Positions 36,709 through 38,033 of a stretch of DNA of 38,033 bases are shown piece by piece. The notes beneath the pieces were generated by a model. That model was not told where the DNA came from, made no database searches, and saw only the letters and a list, made by a program, of their open reading frames with translations. Numbering within the stretch: position 1 is the first letter of the stretch; every line of letters begins with the position of its first letter. Both the position numbers and the translations under genes were made by a program. Source of the stretch: Candidatus Nanohalobium sp. (lineage in GTDB: Archaea > Nanohalarchaeota > Nanosalinia > Nanosalinales > Nanosalinaceae); the NCBI GenBank assembly GCA_042217545.1, contig JBDGSM010000013.1:1-38033 (forward strand), read 5' to 3'.

Positions 36709-37452
36709 ATGGAAGTTACAGTCCAGGACATAGAAGAAGGCCTTGACCCAAGATACGAAGTACAGGATATCGGGGACGATGGATATAGAGTTTCTAACGA
36801 TAACGGCGACGCAGGTGTTGTCAGCTTCGGAATAGATGACGGTAACGCATACATGGATGTTGACTCCTGGACTGGCGTCGATGACAGGATCTATGAGGAC
36901 GACTCCGAGAGCGATTCGTTCATGGACGCACGAGTTCTCGACAATGTTCTCATGGATGAGGAGATCGAGGACCTCGGTAACCGTGTCAGATCAATCCTCT
37001 CAAACGGCATGTCACATGCCTATAATCTAAGTAACAAGGAGGAGCAAGCCGATACACTTCTAACCTCAGCTCACAGAGCCTACAACGTTCTTGAATCACG
37101 GGGAAAGGGAATAGGCCGTGTATCTCTTGACGCAGAGGGAGAAGGCCCCCTGGGAAACGCGGTCCTCCACTACGGAGAAGCACCTGACAATGATCAGAAG
37201 ATGGGACCTGGAATCAACGATGTAAAGATAGACATGGAGGAGTACGAGAATGACAGAGGCTTCGCAACTTCTGCCACGTACATCATGGGAGCGGTCCTGC
37301 TCAATGAGAGCAACAGTGACAAGAAGCCGCAGGTCTCCACAGAGATGGGTTACAAGAGAGGATCAAAGCACCATGAATCACAGGAAACAAAAGCGGACAT
37401 GGAACTGGTCGAAGAAGCTACAGATATCTCAAAGTACGACTTCCTCAACTGA
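36709..37452 (+). CDS. Hypothetical acidic protein
   Basis: Long D/E-rich ORF; TATA ttataaat at 36679, 30 nt before ATG 36709. Confidence 0.7.
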   Translation: MEVTVQDIEEGLDPRYEVQDIGDDGYRVSNDNGDAGVVSFGIDDGNAYMDVDSWTGVDDRIYEDDSESDSFMDARVLDNVLMDEEIEDLGNRVRSILSNGMSHAYNLSNKEEQADTLLTSAHRAYNVLESRGKGIGRVSLDAEGEGPLGNAVLHYGEAPDNDQKMGPGINDVKIDMEEYENDRGFATSATYIMGAVLLNESNSDKKPQVSTEMGYKRGSKHHESQETKADMELVEEATDISKYDFLN

Positions 37453-37843
37453 GAAGTCCGTAAAACTCATCCAGGACCTCTGAATCAGGCCTGTAACCAT
37501 CCCTATTTTCTTCTCTAAATCTAAGCCTCTGATCTAAATCAATATCAAAGAAATCAACACCAGAATACTCTCCACGCCTCTCACCCGGCCTCACATCCAG
37601 GCCGTGATCATATGCGACATGCACGTTCTCATCCGGCGCAAAATCCTCCGCCAGATACTCGGGCGGAAAAACAGTCTCAACAAAAGAACTATCCTCTTCC
37701 CGGGTCTCCTCACCCCAGGTACTCAAGATAATAGGATCATCATGCACAACATCTCTACCGACATCGATGATGTACACCTCCCCAGACATATCAACGTGTC
37801 CCGTGATATAATCCAGGCCACCCTTCAGAGAATCTCCAACCAT
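37445..37843 (-). CDS. Hypothetical acidic protein
   Basis: 132 aa, acidic; tttaaa box about 30 nt upstream on the minus strand. Confidence 0.65.
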   Translation of the reverse strand: MVGDSLKGGLDYITGHVDMSGEVYIIDVGRDVVHDDPIILSTWGEETREEDSSFVETVFPPEYLAEDFAPDENVHVAYDHGLDVRPGERRGEYSGVDFFDIDLDQRLRFREENRDGYRPDSEVLDEFYGLLS

Positions 37844-38033
37844 GACAGGTAAACAAAACGGTCTTAACCTTTAAATACCAGATCTCTATCCCGTAGTACA
37901 TCAAAGACAGCTCTGCAAAACAGAAAAAAGGCCTCAGAGATAAAAGTTTCAGGCCCTGAAATTTTCTACACAATGAAAGGTGGACATGTTCCGCAGCTTT
38001 CTCTCACGAGAAAGACTGCTCGAGCAGGAATCT

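Larger units (their letters stand above)
408..37934. repeat. Highly iterated palindrome AGGCCT (about 127 dispersed copies)
   Basis: Manual count of about 127 exact copies, e.g. 408, 441, 740, 1004, 1243, 12413, 12422, 28771, 37929; about 9 expected for a random hexamer. Confidence 0.95.

Noticed and set aside
37973..38033. Partial CDS at the window end
   Set aside because: Two candidate ATGs in different frames and 20 codons or fewer; cannot be supported.

Overview
A 38-kb piece of core chromosome from a salt-in halophilic archaeon, most likely Nanohaloarchaeota (DPANN). This is inferred from the Glu/Asp-rich proteome, moderate GC, DPANN-type pilin and leaderless genes with a TATA box about 30 nt upstream of the ATG. 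It carries a DNA-repair cluster (resolvase-like nuclease, HerA, Hef, DUF460) and a type IV pilus/surface-export cluster (archaeosortase, prepilin peptidase, long acidic disordered protein, pilus ATPase). Next come rpl18a-pfdA-ftsY, a low-GC surface-adhesin island (Ig-like, LamG/FN3, pilin), srp54, the pus10-rpl21e-rpo4-DUF655-rsmA-(pyrG)-hemK block, a large surface glycoprotein, a TrmJ-like methyltransferase, DUF1512 and several hypotheticals. The most notable signals are not in the ORF track: (1) the palindrome AGGCCT occurs about 127 times by manual count (about 9 expected), in all three frames and in intergenic DNA, like cyanobacterial HIP1; (2) an unassigned ~290-nt highly structured, pseudoknotted RNA candidate with its own TATA box at 28503-28791 (-), next to a possible H/ACA-like guide hairpin; (3) an ATT-initiated ftsY, a phosphoesterase broken by one TAA, an unannotated 55-aa C2H2 zinc-finger gene, several catalytically dead enzyme homologues, and a HExxH peptidase with a tandem pair of paralogues.
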